Positions 1 to 8,765 of a stretch of DNA of 30,797 bases are shown here, one piece after another. Position numbers and translations under genes: made by a program. Source of the DNA: Nautiliaceae bacterium (lineage in GTDB: Bacteria > Campylobacterota > Campylobacteria > Campylobacterales > Nautiliaceae); assembly GCA_039831155.1 (NCBI GenBank), contig JBDONT010000031.1:1-30797 (forward strand), in the 5' to 3' direction. The notes under the pieces are model-generated. The model was not told the origin of the DNA. It made no database searches and saw only the letters and a program-made list of their open reading frames with translations. Position 1 is the first letter of the stretch. Each line of letters begins with the position of its first letter.

Positions 1-31
1 CTCAAACCCCTTCTTCCGTTTGAGGATTGAA

Positions 32-60
32 AGTATATAATATTTCCCTCCCCTTGTCAA
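32..60 (-). promoter_or_regulatory. Near-consensus sigma70-type promoter firing out of the left window edge (possibly rRNA/tRNA operon promoter)
   Basis: Minus strand TTGACA (60-55), 17-bp spacer, TATACT (37-32); A/T-tract UP-element-like sequence at 71-110; the transcript would begin with a CTCAAAC...GTTTGAG hairpin (24-1). The downstream gene is outside the window. Confidence 0.7.
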
Positions 61-136
61 GTATTTCCTCTAAAATTTTTTAAAAATTTTAAAATTTGTT
101 TTTTAATAATAAAATCGCTTACATTAATTAACATAT

Positions 137-883
137 TTAGTTACATTCGCTTTGATACACAAAACCTGTTGGAGTTATATTAATTTGTTTACAATGTTGA
201 ATATCACATACTAAATTAGTACAAAGCTGGATTTCAACTTTCTCTGTTAATAGTTCTCTTTCTAAATCTAAAGGATTAGTATCATTACCATCTCCTTGCA
301 ATCCTTCATTTAAATAAACATTACCATAATTATCAAATAATAGTTTTGAAGAGTTAGTAGTATTCACAGAAAAACCATTAAATAAAACTTTTACTATCCC
401 ATATTTACTAAGATTTAACTCTTCATTCCCTTCATTACCAGCTAAATATTTTTTATTTATAGGATCTTTTGCAAACTCGTAAAAAGGATATCCAACTCTA
501 TTAAACATAGAACTTGTACTACTTGAAGTGGTATAGGGAGAATCTGAAAAAATTTCATAAAAGTAATCACCATTACTTGTTTTACCTATTCTTAACTGCC
601 ACCACTGCTTAAACCAATACTTACTTCTATTGGTTTCACTTATAGTATTAGCATTAGGAAAAGGTTGATACTTATCATCTTTTAAAGCTAAACTTTGTGT
701 ATATCTTATATCTCTACTTAATCTATCTGCTGCTAATTTTAATTTATCAGGTGCAAAATTGAAACTAAAAGAAGAAACGATAATACCTATTATAATAATA
801 ACAATAACTAATTCAACTAAAGTAAATGCAGAAGAAAAATTATTTAATTTCTTCTGCTTGATCAACTTGGTATAGAATATCAT
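137..883 (-). CDS. Prepilin-type N-terminal cleavage/methylation domain protein (type II secretion/type IV pilus pseudopilin-like)
   Basis: A|FTLVELVIVIIIIGII class III signal motif with E5 and a hydrophobic helix; C-terminal cysteines. Start uncertain (ATG 883 or TTG 865); the track start at 976 runs far into aclA. Confidence 0.8.
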   Translation of the reverse strand: MIFYTKLIKQKKLNNFSSAFTLVELVIVIIIIGIIVSSFSFNFAPDKLKLAADRLSRDIRYTQSLALKDDKYQPFPNANTISETNRSKYWFKQWWQLRIGKTSNGDYFYEIFSDSPYTTSSSTSSMFNRVGYPFYEFAKDPINKKYLAGNEGNEELNLSKYGIVKVLFNGFSVNTTNSSKLLFDNYGNVYLNEGLQGDGNDTNPLDLERELLTEKVEIQLCTNLVCDIQHCKQINITPTGFVYQSECN

Positions 884-2690
884 CCCACGGATGTCTGTAC
901 ATTGGCATTCCAAGTCTTTTTTCATCAAGAATGTGCCCGATAAATCCGATACTTCTTCCGAGAATAAAGAATGCATTTAATGTCCCACTTTCAATAAATT
1001 CATTAATTTCTTTCTCAGTATACCCTAATGCTCTCCACATGTCAACCATTAAGATACCGATTGTACCGTCAACATTTAAAATTAAGTTTTCTTTTTTAGA
1101 AGTTGTTTCTTTCTCAACTTCCAATGCATAATCAAGTAAAGGTGTTGCTGGAAAGAATTCAGCTGCATATTTTTTAAGACCTTCAACCCTTTTATCCGGG
1201 TTTCTCACAGACTTAATTCTATGTCCAATACCAGGAATTGGAATACCTTGTTTTTTCATATATGCCAAGAATTCTTTAGGGTTCATTCCATTATCGTGTG
1301 CATATTTAAAGTAATATGCTGCACCATCAATAGCACCACCAAATCTTGGACCAATTGTAAGAAGACCTGTTACAAGAGATTCTACAACTGATTTACCAGC
1401 TCTTGCTGTAACTTTTGCGTTATGAGCACCACTTACTGCCGGTCCATGGTCTGCTACTGTTTTAATTACAGTTTCAATAAAATCAGTAGCCCATTTCGGA
1501 TATCTTTTCTTAAACCATAGAAGTGAAATAACATCACCAATGCTATATCCTGTATCTGGAGTTGCAACTTGGCTAATTGGAATACCAGCATATACTGCTT
1601 CTTCTCCTCTATCATCAGAAATAGTACATACGAAGTTTCTAGGTTTTCTAATTTTACCTGCTGCTAAAGCTTTGCTATAGTCTTCTGGAATTGGTGGAAC
1701 TACTGGTTCTTCGATTTCTCCGATTACACCTTCACCTTTTAGTTGTTCATATACACCTTTAATAACTTCCGGTAATTCATTAAAATTAGCCGGTACATAA
1801 ATACCTGCTTCTTTCATTGCTCTATTTTTAGCTTCCGCTGTCTCTTCATCGGCATTTGCACTTGCACCTGCGTGACCGAATTGAACACCACTTGAGAAAT
1901 GTTTAGCAATTGTACCGATACACCAACCAATTACCGGTTTTGTAATTTTTCCTTCTTTAATAGCTTCAATAATTTTATATTCTTCTCTACCACCAACTTC
2001 ACCAAGAAGAATCATATATTTAACTTTTGGATTTTTCTCCATTCTAAGCATATGGTCAATAAATGTTGAACCAACAAATCTGTCTCCACCAATTGCAACA
2101 CCCTCTGCTATTCCGTCTGCATTAAGTGCAATAATGTTACTTAATTCGTTAAATAGACCACCACTTCTTGTTACAAGTCCTGCACTTCCAGCTCTGTGAA
2201 GCTTAGATTTTACGATATTTTCAATTGTACCACCGATATTCGCAACTTTAAATGCACCTGGTGCAATAGCTCCAACTGTTGCAGGACCAATAATTGTTAC
2301 ACCTTTTTCTCTTGCGGTTTTATTCATAATTCTTGCGTGTCTTTCCGGAATACCTTCAGCCGTAATCATAATTACTCTGAATTGATCCATATTAAGAGCA
2401 TCCATAGTTACATCATAAGCCGTTCTAAATGATGCAAAGTTAAGTAATACATCTGCATTCGGATGATTTTTCACAGCTTCTGCTGTACTTCTGTAAATTG
2501 GAATCATAACCTCATCAGTTCCAAAAAAGAACTTTTCAAATTTATTTGAACTAGTTGGAGCAACTATTGCTGCAACTGATGGTTTTTCTCTTTGAATAAC
2601 ATAATCATAATCAAGCATTCTTTGAATTGCTGATTTATTATTATTCCAGAAAATTGCCTGTGTATCCCTTGTAAATAGTTCGTTAGCCAT
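840..2690 (-). CDS. aclA: ATP citrate lyase alpha subunit (reverse TCA cycle)
   Basis: CoA-binding/SucD-like N-terminal part (IIGPATVG, GDRF, phospho-His motif QFGHAGA) fused to a citryl-CoA lyase domain (DHGPAVSGAHN, GPRFGGA, PGIGHRIKS, LILNVDG); directly after aclB. Confidence 0.97.
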   Translation of the reverse strand: MANELFTRDTQAIFWNNNKSAIQRMLDYDYVIQREKPSVAAIVAPTSSNKFEKFFFGTDEVMIPIYRSTAEAVKNHPNADVLLNFASFRTAYDVTMDALNMDQFRVIMITAEGIPERHARIMNKTAREKGVTIIGPATVGAIAPGAFKVANIGGTIENIVKSKLHRAGSAGLVTRSGGLFNELSNIIALNADGIAEGVAIGGDRFVGSTFIDHMLRMEKNPKVKYMILLGEVGGREEYKIIEAIKEGKITKPVIGWCIGTIAKHFSSGVQFGHAGASANADEETAEAKNRAMKEAGIYVPANFNELPEVIKGVYEQLKGEGVIGEIEEPVVPPIPEDYSKALAAGKIRKPRNFVCTISDDRGEEAVYAGIPISQVATPDTGYSIGDVISLLWFKKRYPKWATDFIETVIKTVADHGPAVSGAHNAKVTARAGKSVVESLVTGLLTIGPRFGGAIDGAAYYFKYAHDNGMNPKEFLAYMKKQGIPIPGIGHRIKSVRNPDKRVEGLKKYAAEFFPATPLLDYALEVEKETTSKKENLILNVDGTIGILMVDMWRALGYTEKEINEFIESGTLNAFFILGRSIGFIGHILDEKRLGMPMYRHPWDDILYQVDQAEEIK

Positions 2691-4024
2691 TATTTCGCTC
2701 CTTTTTTATCATCTTCAAGTGCCATTCTTACAATATCGGTAATGTGAGTTTCCGGTCCATAAACTTCAATAGGAAGACCCAATCTTTCAGCTGCCGCTTT
2801 AATATCTTTTAAACCTTTTTCATAATTCGGTCCACCACGTCTAACATAAATTCTAACTCCAACATCTTTCATTTTATCCGCATATTTTTCAAATGCTTGA
2901 ATAATACCGGTAAATGTCTTGGCAACATCCGTAAAGTTTGCAATAGCCCCACCGATAATTAAGATTTTATCTCTACCTTGAGGGTCTTTTTCTCTTGTCA
3001 TTAAATCAAGTACAGTTTCAGTATAAAATCTTGTTTCATCAGTTGTAGGACCACCTGAATATTCTCCGTAATTTGCTAAATCTTCTACTCCACCTGCTAA
3101 ATCAGCAATAGTATCAGCATATACAACAGATGCACCACCACCAGCTACAAGAGTCCAGATTCTACCTTTCGGATTAAGAACAGTTAATTTAAGTGAAGCA
3201 CCACTTTTTGCATCTGCTTCTGCTATAGCTTTTTCTTCAGGTGATTTTTCCGGCATACCAAACGGTGTCGGGAATTCAATATCTCCCCATTTATCTTTCA
3301 TTAAAAATCCTGCCGTATCATCAAGTCTTGCAACCAAATCAAGTAGATATACATTATTACCTACAATTACAACTGGGTTAATTTCAAGATATGCAAAGTT
3401 TAGGTCTCTAAAAAATTTATAAAAGTTTACTGCAAAGTTTTTATAAACTTCTTTTTTATCTTCCGGAATATCTGCTGGAATATTTTCAGAGATAATCTTT
3501 TCAATCTCTTCATCAGTTGCGTCAATTGGAATTTTAACTTCTGTTACTTTATCCCAGTTTTCTTCAACTTCCATACCACCGTGAGCTGAAAGATAAAGCA
3601 CATCATTTGTTTCATCAAATGTAGTAGCTGCAATATAGTATTCTTCATCTTCTGTGTGAGGTGTAAATGGTTCTACGATAAAATGAGTAAGCTCACCACT
3701 TTGTCCGCTAAGAAGAGTAACTTTTCCGCTTCTTTTTTCATCAATCCATTTAGCTGCATCTTCAAGAGTCACATCACCCGGTTTATTTACTTTAAATAAA
3801 ACTAAACCGTTTTTACCCCTTTTACCAAAAAGCATATCCGGTTTTGCAACCAAAGGTTTTTCATTTAACCAATCATACCCGGGTTCTTTAGCTTTAGCTC
3901 TTAATTCATCTCCACTTGTTACAAGTACACTTTCAAACGGATAATTAAGTCCACTGAAATATTTATCCCAATTTTGGGCAAAAAGTTTTTTCCCATCATA
4001 TTCACGAATCGGTTTTTGAGCCAT
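2690..4024 (-). CDS. aclB: ATP citrate lyase beta subunit
   Basis: MAQKPIREYDGK start, KPDMLFGKRGK, LEINP, RLDDTA, AGGGASVVYAD, NYGEYSG, GGAIANFTDVA, RRGGPNY motifs; AAGGAG SD; 1-nt stop/start overlap with aclA. Confidence 0.97.
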   Translation of the reverse strand: MAQKPIREYDGKKLFAQNWDKYFSGLNYPFESVLVTSGDELRAKAKEPGYDWLNEKPLVAKPDMLFGKRGKNGLVLFKVNKPGDVTLEDAAKWIDEKRSGKVTLLSGQSGELTHFIVEPFTPHTEDEEYYIAATTFDETNDVLYLSAHGGMEVEENWDKVTEVKIPIDATDEEIEKIISENIPADIPEDKKEVYKNFAVNFYKFFRDLNFAYLEINPVVIVGNNVYLLDLVARLDDTAGFLMKDKWGDIEFPTPFGMPEKSPEEKAIAEADAKSGASLKLTVLNPKGRIWTLVAGGGASVVYADTIADLAGGVEDLANYGEYSGGPTTDETRFYTETVLDLMTREKDPQGRDKILIIGGAIANFTDVAKTFTGIIQAFEKYADKMKDVGVRIYVRRGGPNYEKGLKDIKAAAERLGLPIEVYGPETHITDIVRMALEDDKKGAK

Positions 4025-4051
4025 TAAATCTCCTTAAATTTTATTTTAGAA

Positions 4052-4060
4052 ATTGTAACA
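4052..4060 (-). promoter_or_regulatory. Extended -10 promoter element for aclBA
   Basis: TGtTACAAT on the minus strand about 28 nt upstream of the aclB ATG, followed by an AAGGAG SD. Confidence 0.55.
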
Positions 4061-4108
4061 TTTAATCCGTAAGATATAATCCTATTTTATAAATTGAGAA
4101 ATTTTTTT

Positions 4109-5257
4109 TTATAGTGTGTTTAGTTTTGAAACATTTATTTTTAAAATAACTTTTTTATTATATATAATGAAAACTTGAGAATTTTTTTTATTATATTCGA
4201 TAAAATATTTTCCGCCTTTTTTAATACCATAAAAATTTAACGCTTTCATAAAAGCATCATTGTCAGAATACACATAATCTATTTTATTCGATTTTAAAAT
4301 TTCAACTAAAGGTTTTATAAAATAGTAGCTACTCGTGAGTTTCCTGGCAGGTGTGGAAAAATTAAAAAACACTCCCACATCAAAACTAATTAAACTAATT
4401 AACAAAACAATAAATAATATTTTATGAATTATTCTAAAGTTAGGCAACCTTACTCTATACGAATTTAAAAACACCTTTACCATACAAACCATAAAAATAA
4501 CCATAAAAGGTGCATAATCGTCAACTTTTATTTTTTGTCTAAAAGAAAGAATCAAAGAAAATAAAAAACTAAACGCCGAAATAAAAAATATCAGATTTTT
4601 TTTCTTAAAAAAAAGACATTTATAAAGAGAATAAAGAAAATAAACAAAAACAAAAGGTGAAAAGATTAAAAAATAAATCCCTATTAAATCGATAAAATGA
4701 CCTTTTGGTTTTCCTCCTATATCGTAATGGAAATAGAAGAAATTAAAAGCAAGTAAAATTAAAGATAAGAAAACTAAAATATTATCTCTTTTATAAACGG
4801 CAAAAAATATCAAACTAAAAAAAAGAGGAATGAAACTGTAATCAATAAAAGCCAATAAAATCAGTACCAAATAAGAAATTTTTCGTAAAGTATGATAAAG
4901 ATAAATAAATAAAAGCGTTAAAAAAATCAAATAAATAGCCTTATTAATAATAAGAGAAGAGACAATCACACCAGGAATTAAAAAATAAAGATAAGTAGCC
5001 AAAAGAGCGTCTTTTCTTTTTAAATAAAAAAGTGCGATTTTATAAAAAAAATACAAACTAAAAGCGGAAACCAAAACACCGGGTAAACGAACGGCAACAT
5101 CATTATGTCCAAATATATAAACAGAAAAATCAAGTATATATTTAATAAAAGGAAAACTTTCCATTCCTTTTACATCTGTAATAGAAAAAGATAAAAAATT
5201 TACCCCGTATAAAAATAAAAAAAAGTAGAATAAAAAAAAGATAATAATATGTTTCAT
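4109..5257 (-). CDS. Polytopic membrane glycosyltransferase, GT-C fold (ArnT/PMT_2, family 39/83-like)
   Basis: About 10 hydrophobic segments; FGHNDVAVRLP motif typical of the ArnT/PMT_2 N-terminal region; ATGA overlap with pabA/trpG. Confidence 0.65.
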   Translation of the reverse strand: MKHIIIFFLFYFFLFLYGVNFLSFSITDVKGMESFPFIKYILDFSVYIFGHNDVAVRLPGVLVSAFSLYFFYKIALFYLKRKDALLATYLYFLIPGVIVSSLIINKAIYLIFLTLLFIYLYHTLRKISYLVLILLAFIDYSFIPLFFSLIFFAVYKRDNILVFLSLILLAFNFFYFHYDIGGKPKGHFIDLIGIYFLIFSPFVFVYFLYSLYKCLFFKKKNLIFFISAFSFLFSLILSFRQKIKVDDYAPFMVIFMVCMVKVFLNSYRVRLPNFRIIHKILFIVLLISLISFDVGVFFNFSTPARKLTSSYYFIKPLVEILKSNKIDYVYSDNDAFMKALNFYGIKKGGKYFIEYNKKNSQVFIIYNKKVILKINVSKLNTL

Positions 5258-5817
5258 ATTTTTAAAAAATTATTAATAATCTCTTTTCCGTATTCACTCA
5301 TAATCGATTCAGGATGAAACTGCACTCCGTAAATCGGTCTATCTTTTACCCTTAAGCTCATTATTTCACCATCATCCAAACTAAAAGAAGTGGGAATTAT
5401 ACATTTTGGCAACTTATCCGGATTAGCAACCAGGGAATGGTATCTTGTAACCCTAAACTTTTTTGGCAAATCTTTAAAAATATCATCTTCAATGGTAACT
5501 TCGATTTGAGAAGTTTTCCCGTGCATTAAATTTTTCGCTCTAATAATTTCTCCTCCAAAAGCATACGCAATAGACTGATGACCAAGACAAACCCCAAGAA
5601 TAGGTTTATCAATTTGTTTTATCACATCCACACTTACACCGGCTTCTTTTGGGGTAGAAGGACCTGGAGAGATAATTATTTTTTCCGGATTTAATCTTTT
5701 TATCTCTTCCACACTCATTTCATCATTTCTAATAACTTTTAAATTAGCACCAAGTTCTAAGCAGTATTGAACAATATTGTAAGTAAAACTATCGTAATTA
5801 TCTATTATAAGAACCAT
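5254..5817 (-). CDS. pabA: Anthranilate/aminodeoxychorismate synthase component II (class I glutamine amidotransferase; TrpG/PabA)
   Basis: IDNYDSFTYN, ISPGP, GVCLGHQ (catalytic Cys), RYHSL, QFHPES motifs. trpG and pabA cannot be distinguished from sequence alone. Confidence 0.93.
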   Translation of the reverse strand: MVLIIDNYDSFTYNIVQYCLELGANLKVIRNDEMSVEEIKRLNPEKIIISPGPSTPKEAGVSVDVIKQIDKPILGVCLGHQSIAYAFGGEIIRAKNLMHGKTSQIEVTIEDDIFKDLPKKFRVTRYHSLVANPDKLPKCIIPTSFSLDDGEIMSLRVKDRPIYGVQFHPESIMSEYGKEIINNFLKI

Positions 5818-5836
5818 AAAGTTCCTTTTTTATGGA

Positions 5837-5862
5837 ATTGTATCAAAATTATATGATAAAAT
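5837..5862. promoter_or_regulatory. Divergent extended -10 elements for pabA and metF
   Basis: Minus TGaTACAAT (5845-5837) and plus TGaTAAAAT (5854-5862) in a 68-bp intergenic gap. Confidence 0.5.
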
Positions 5863-5885
5863 TTTCAAAAAATTTAAGGGTAAAA

Positions 5886-6782
5886 ATGCTAAAAGAAAAA
5901 CTTAAAGGAAAATATATAACACTAGAAACAACTCCTCCTAAATTACCGACTGTAGATTTAATGATTGAAAATATAAAAAAAGCCGACGTCATTAAATACA
6001 TAGACGGATTTTCCACAACCGACTGTCCTCTTAGTAAATTAAAATACAATTCAATCATTGCAGCTTTTAAGCTCCAACAGACATTCAAAAAACCGGTAAT
6101 TGCTACAATGAGTATGAGAGATAGAAATAAAATAGCCCTTCAAAGCGATTTACTGGGAGCAAACGATTTAGACGTAACGCATATCTTAGCCCTAACAGGA
6201 GACCCGGCAAAAATGAGTGACCAACCGAATACAAAAGGAGTAGTCGAAGGAAGCAGCATTTTACTACTAGAAATAATAAGAGCTTTTAACAACGGAATGG
6301 ATTACAGTGGAAAAGAGTTTAAAATAAAACCAAAACCGATTACCCCTTTTGCGGTAAGTAACTCTTACGCCAAAAACTTTTCTTATATTGAAAAAAAGAT
6401 GTATAAAAAAATTAAAAATTATGCAGTAGGAATTATAACCCAACCGGTATTTGATTTGGAAATAGCAAAAAAACTATTAAATATAAAACAAAATATCAAT
6501 AATGAATTTAATGACGAAAGAAAAGAGTCTGAAATTGTATTCGGATTTTTTCCCATTACAAAACTAAAAACCGCCCAATTTCTAAAATCTCACGTCCCAG
6601 GCATTTTTGTACCGGATATCTGGATAGAAAAACTCATAAAAGCTCATAAAATAAGTGAAGAAGAAGAGTTTAAAGTCGGAATGGAGTTATCAAGAAAACT
6701 TTTTAAAAACATTTTAAAATTACACCCAAAAGTCCATATAATGACTGCTAATAAATTTGAAATAGTAAAAGAGCTTTTTTAA
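5886..6782 (+). CDS. metF: 5,10-methylenetetrahydrofolate reductase
   Basis: LETTPPK, TDCP, MRDRNKIALQS, LALTGDP, ITQPVFD, VPGIFVP motifs. Start moved to ATG 5886 (AAGGG SD upstream). Confidence 0.88.
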   Translation: MLKEKLKGKYITLETTPPKLPTVDLMIENIKKADVIKYIDGFSTTDCPLSKLKYNSIIAAFKLQQTFKKPVIATMSMRDRNKIALQSDLLGANDLDVTHILALTGDPAKMSDQPNTKGVVEGSSILLLEIIRAFNNGMDYSGKEFKIKPKPITPFAVSNSYAKNFSYIEKKMYKKIKNYAVGIITQPVFDLEIAKKLLNIKQNINNEFNDERKESEIVFGFFPITKLKTAQFLKSHVPGIFVPDIWIEKLIKAHKISEEEEFKVGMELSRKLFKNILKLHPKVHIMTANKFEIVKELF

Positions 6783-7603
6783 AAAGCTCTTAAATAACTT
6801 ACTAAGAATACGTTAGAATACGAATCTGCTCCACTTTTACTAAATTTACTTCTATTATAACTAACTTTTACGCTAGAAACTTTATCTAAAGAGTATTTAA
6901 CTGCTAGTCCATAACTATATTTATAATCTTCTCCCAAATTATAAACAGTAAATCCACCGTTTGCAACTTTATAAGCGTTTTTTCCAAAACTTCCACTTAT
7001 TGTTGTAGCCCAAGGTCCTTTATAGTTTTCCAATTTTAAATCAATATCCGTATAATTTGTTTTAGACGTATATCCGGACTTTGAAATATGAATATAATTT
7101 AATTTAGCCTCGGCATAAAAAGCTCCATCTTCCGCATAATAATTACCGAAATTAAATCCATATTTAGGAGAAATTTGATAAGCTTTAAAATTATCATAAG
7201 TAGACATATAAACATCAACTCCGACATTATATTTTAAATACTCATAATAAGTAGCTCCTGCGAACACTACATTATCGTATTTATCACTATTGTCTTTTTG
7301 GTTGATAAACATATTATGAATTCCGATTCTATAAGCATAATTATTACCATAATAATAATTACCCAAAAACGTAATATCGGTCTGTTTATAATTAGGGGTA
7401 GTATCTTTATATTTTATATACACATATTCCGTATCCAATTCAAACTTAAAAGGCAAAGAATCGATACTAGCATATACACCTACCAATCCGGCTTTATCTT
7501 TAGCGGTATTACCGCTATAATCTATAAAAGCTCCATACGGCATCACGTTCGCCGCCATTAAAGTCGTACCGAACAATGCTGCTATAGATAATAACTTTTT
7601 CAT
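6779..7603 (-). CDS. Putative outer-membrane beta-barrel protein, last gene of the RRE/ATP-grasp operon
   Basis: Sec signal peptide (MKKLLSIAALFGTTLMA), Tyr/Gly-rich alternating amphipathic strands, terminal strand VFLVSYLRAF ending in Phe (BAM signal); ATGA coupling to the upstream gene. Confidence 0.7.
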   Translation of the reverse strand: MKKLLSIAALFGTTLMAANVMPYGAFIDYSGNTAKDKAGLVGVYASIDSLPFKFELDTEYVYIKYKDTTPNYKQTDITFLGNYYYGNNYAYRIGIHNMFINQKDNSDKYDNVVFAGATYYEYLKYNVGVDVYMSTYDNFKAYQISPKYGFNFGNYYAEDGAFYAEAKLNYIHISKSGYTSKTNYTDIDLKLENYKGPWATTISGSFGKNAYKVANGGFTVYNLGEDYKYSYGLAVKYSLDKVSSVKVSYNRSKFSKSGADSYSNVFLVSYLRAF

Positions 7604-8181
7604 TTTATCTCCTTTAGTTTATATCCTAAATTTTTTTGATTTACTATTTCAAAACCAAGTTTTCTAAGATGAGAAATCAAAACTTTTATAGAATCAAGAC
7701 TCTCTATACTTTCACATTCCTGTAGAATTTCTTCTTTAGAAAGATATCTGTTACGATTTTTTATCAACGTTTCTAAAAGTTCTTTTTCAGCTCCACTTAA
7801 TTTAACGGGGATTGAACTTTTATACAACTCCCTCGCATTAAAATTATATAATAAATCCCCAAATTTAAAAACAAAATTTGTAGAATTTAAAACCTTTTTT
7901 TTTAAATACCTAAGGCGTATCAACAGCTTTTCATATTCATTATAAGAATAGCAATAATCACCTACTTCCAAAGCTTTTTTATAAATAAAAACATTACATT
8001 CATATGCTAAAAAAATAATCGTACTTTTTACAAAATCTTTTATTTCCAAATACTCTTTAAAATAATTAAAATCTACTACCAATACATCAAATTTTTTATT
8101 CAACACCTCATCAAAAAAAGATTCTTCATCCACTTTTTTTGCATTAGGTATATCCAGAAAAGAAAAATTTAATACTCTCAT
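7600..8181 (-). CDS. OmpR/PhoB-type winged-helix regulator with degenerate receiver domain
   Basis: C-terminal LSGAEKELLETL...LSKEEIL...IKVLISHLRK...GYKL Trans_reg_C signature; N-terminal receiver keeps VLVVD but lacks the acidic pocket, the Thr/Ser and the conserved Lys. Confidence 0.8.
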   Translation of the reverse strand: MRVLNFSFLDIPNAKKVDEESFFDEVLNKKFDVLVVDFNYFKEYLEIKDFVKSTIIFLAYECNVFIYKKALEVGDYCYSYNEYEKLLIRLRYLKKKVLNSTNFVFKFGDLLYNFNARELYKSSIPVKLSGAEKELLETLIKNRNRYLSKEEILQECESIESLDSIKVLISHLRKLGFEIVNQKNLGYKLKEIK

Positions 8182-8765
8182 TTATTAAAATATTCTTTTG
8201 CTACAACGTTATTAGGGTCTAGAATAAGCACGTTTTTAAAAATTTTACCGGCATCTCTTTTTGTAAGCTCATAAATTTTACCAAGTTCAACTAAAAACAG
8301 AACACTCGTAGGATATATACTTAACATTCTATTTACCAATATTTCAGCTACTTTATAGTTTTTTAAAGCTACAAGAGATAAGACTTCATAATAATTCCCA
8401 TAATAATTATAATAATCACTCTTTAAAATCACATCTCCTATTTTCAACGCATTTGAATAATCCCCCATAGCATAGTAAACTCTCATCATTCCAAGCTTAG
8501 CTTCCAATGAAGAAGGAATACTCATAGAAGCCTTTTGATAATGAAAAATAGAATTTTTATAATTCTTATTCAAATAAAAAAGCCATCCAAGCCTTAGATT
8601 AACCGTATAAGCATTAAGATATTTATTATAAAGAGGAATGAGAACTTTTATAGCGTCTTTATAATCCCCCATTTTTTCATAATTATAAGATTCATAATAA
8701 ATCTTTTTTATATCCATTGCAAACAAACCGACAAACAAACTAATAACCAAAATTATCTTTTTCAT
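8178..8765 (-). CDS. Exported tetratricopeptide-repeat protein
   Basis: Signal peptide MKKIILVISLFVGLFA; TPR-like units (LRLGWLFYLNKNYKNSIFHYQKA; LGMMRVYYAMGDYSNAL; LGKIYE...VLILDPNN). Confidence 0.8.
   Translation of the reverse strand: MKKIILVISLFVGLFAMDIKKIYYESYNYEKMGDYKDAIKVLIPLYNKYLNAYTVNLRLGWLFYLNKNYKNSIFHYQKASMSIPSSLEAKLGMMRVYYAMGDYSNALKIGDVILKSDYYNYYGNYYEVLSLVALKNYKVAEILVNRMLSIYPTSVLFLVELGKIYELTKRDAGKIFKNVLILDPNNVVAKEYFNK

Noticed and set aside
1-33. CRISPR-repeat-like sequence (hairpin plus ATTGAAAG end)
   Set aside because: Single copy, no spacers or cas genes in the window, and it overlaps a promoter -10/start region that explains it better.
884-976. Extended ORF-track N-termini (also metF 5832, ppk2 20276, trpA 24789, panB 24720, grpE 27694, 16686)
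   Set aside because: They overlap neighbouring genes or promoters; downstream ATGs with SD sequences and family-typical starts fit better.
4100-4110. Homopolymer runs (T-tract at 4102-4110, A/T runs in membrane genes) as phase-variation sites
   Set aside because: A/T runs are common at this base composition, frames are intact, and no long poly-G/C tract was seen.
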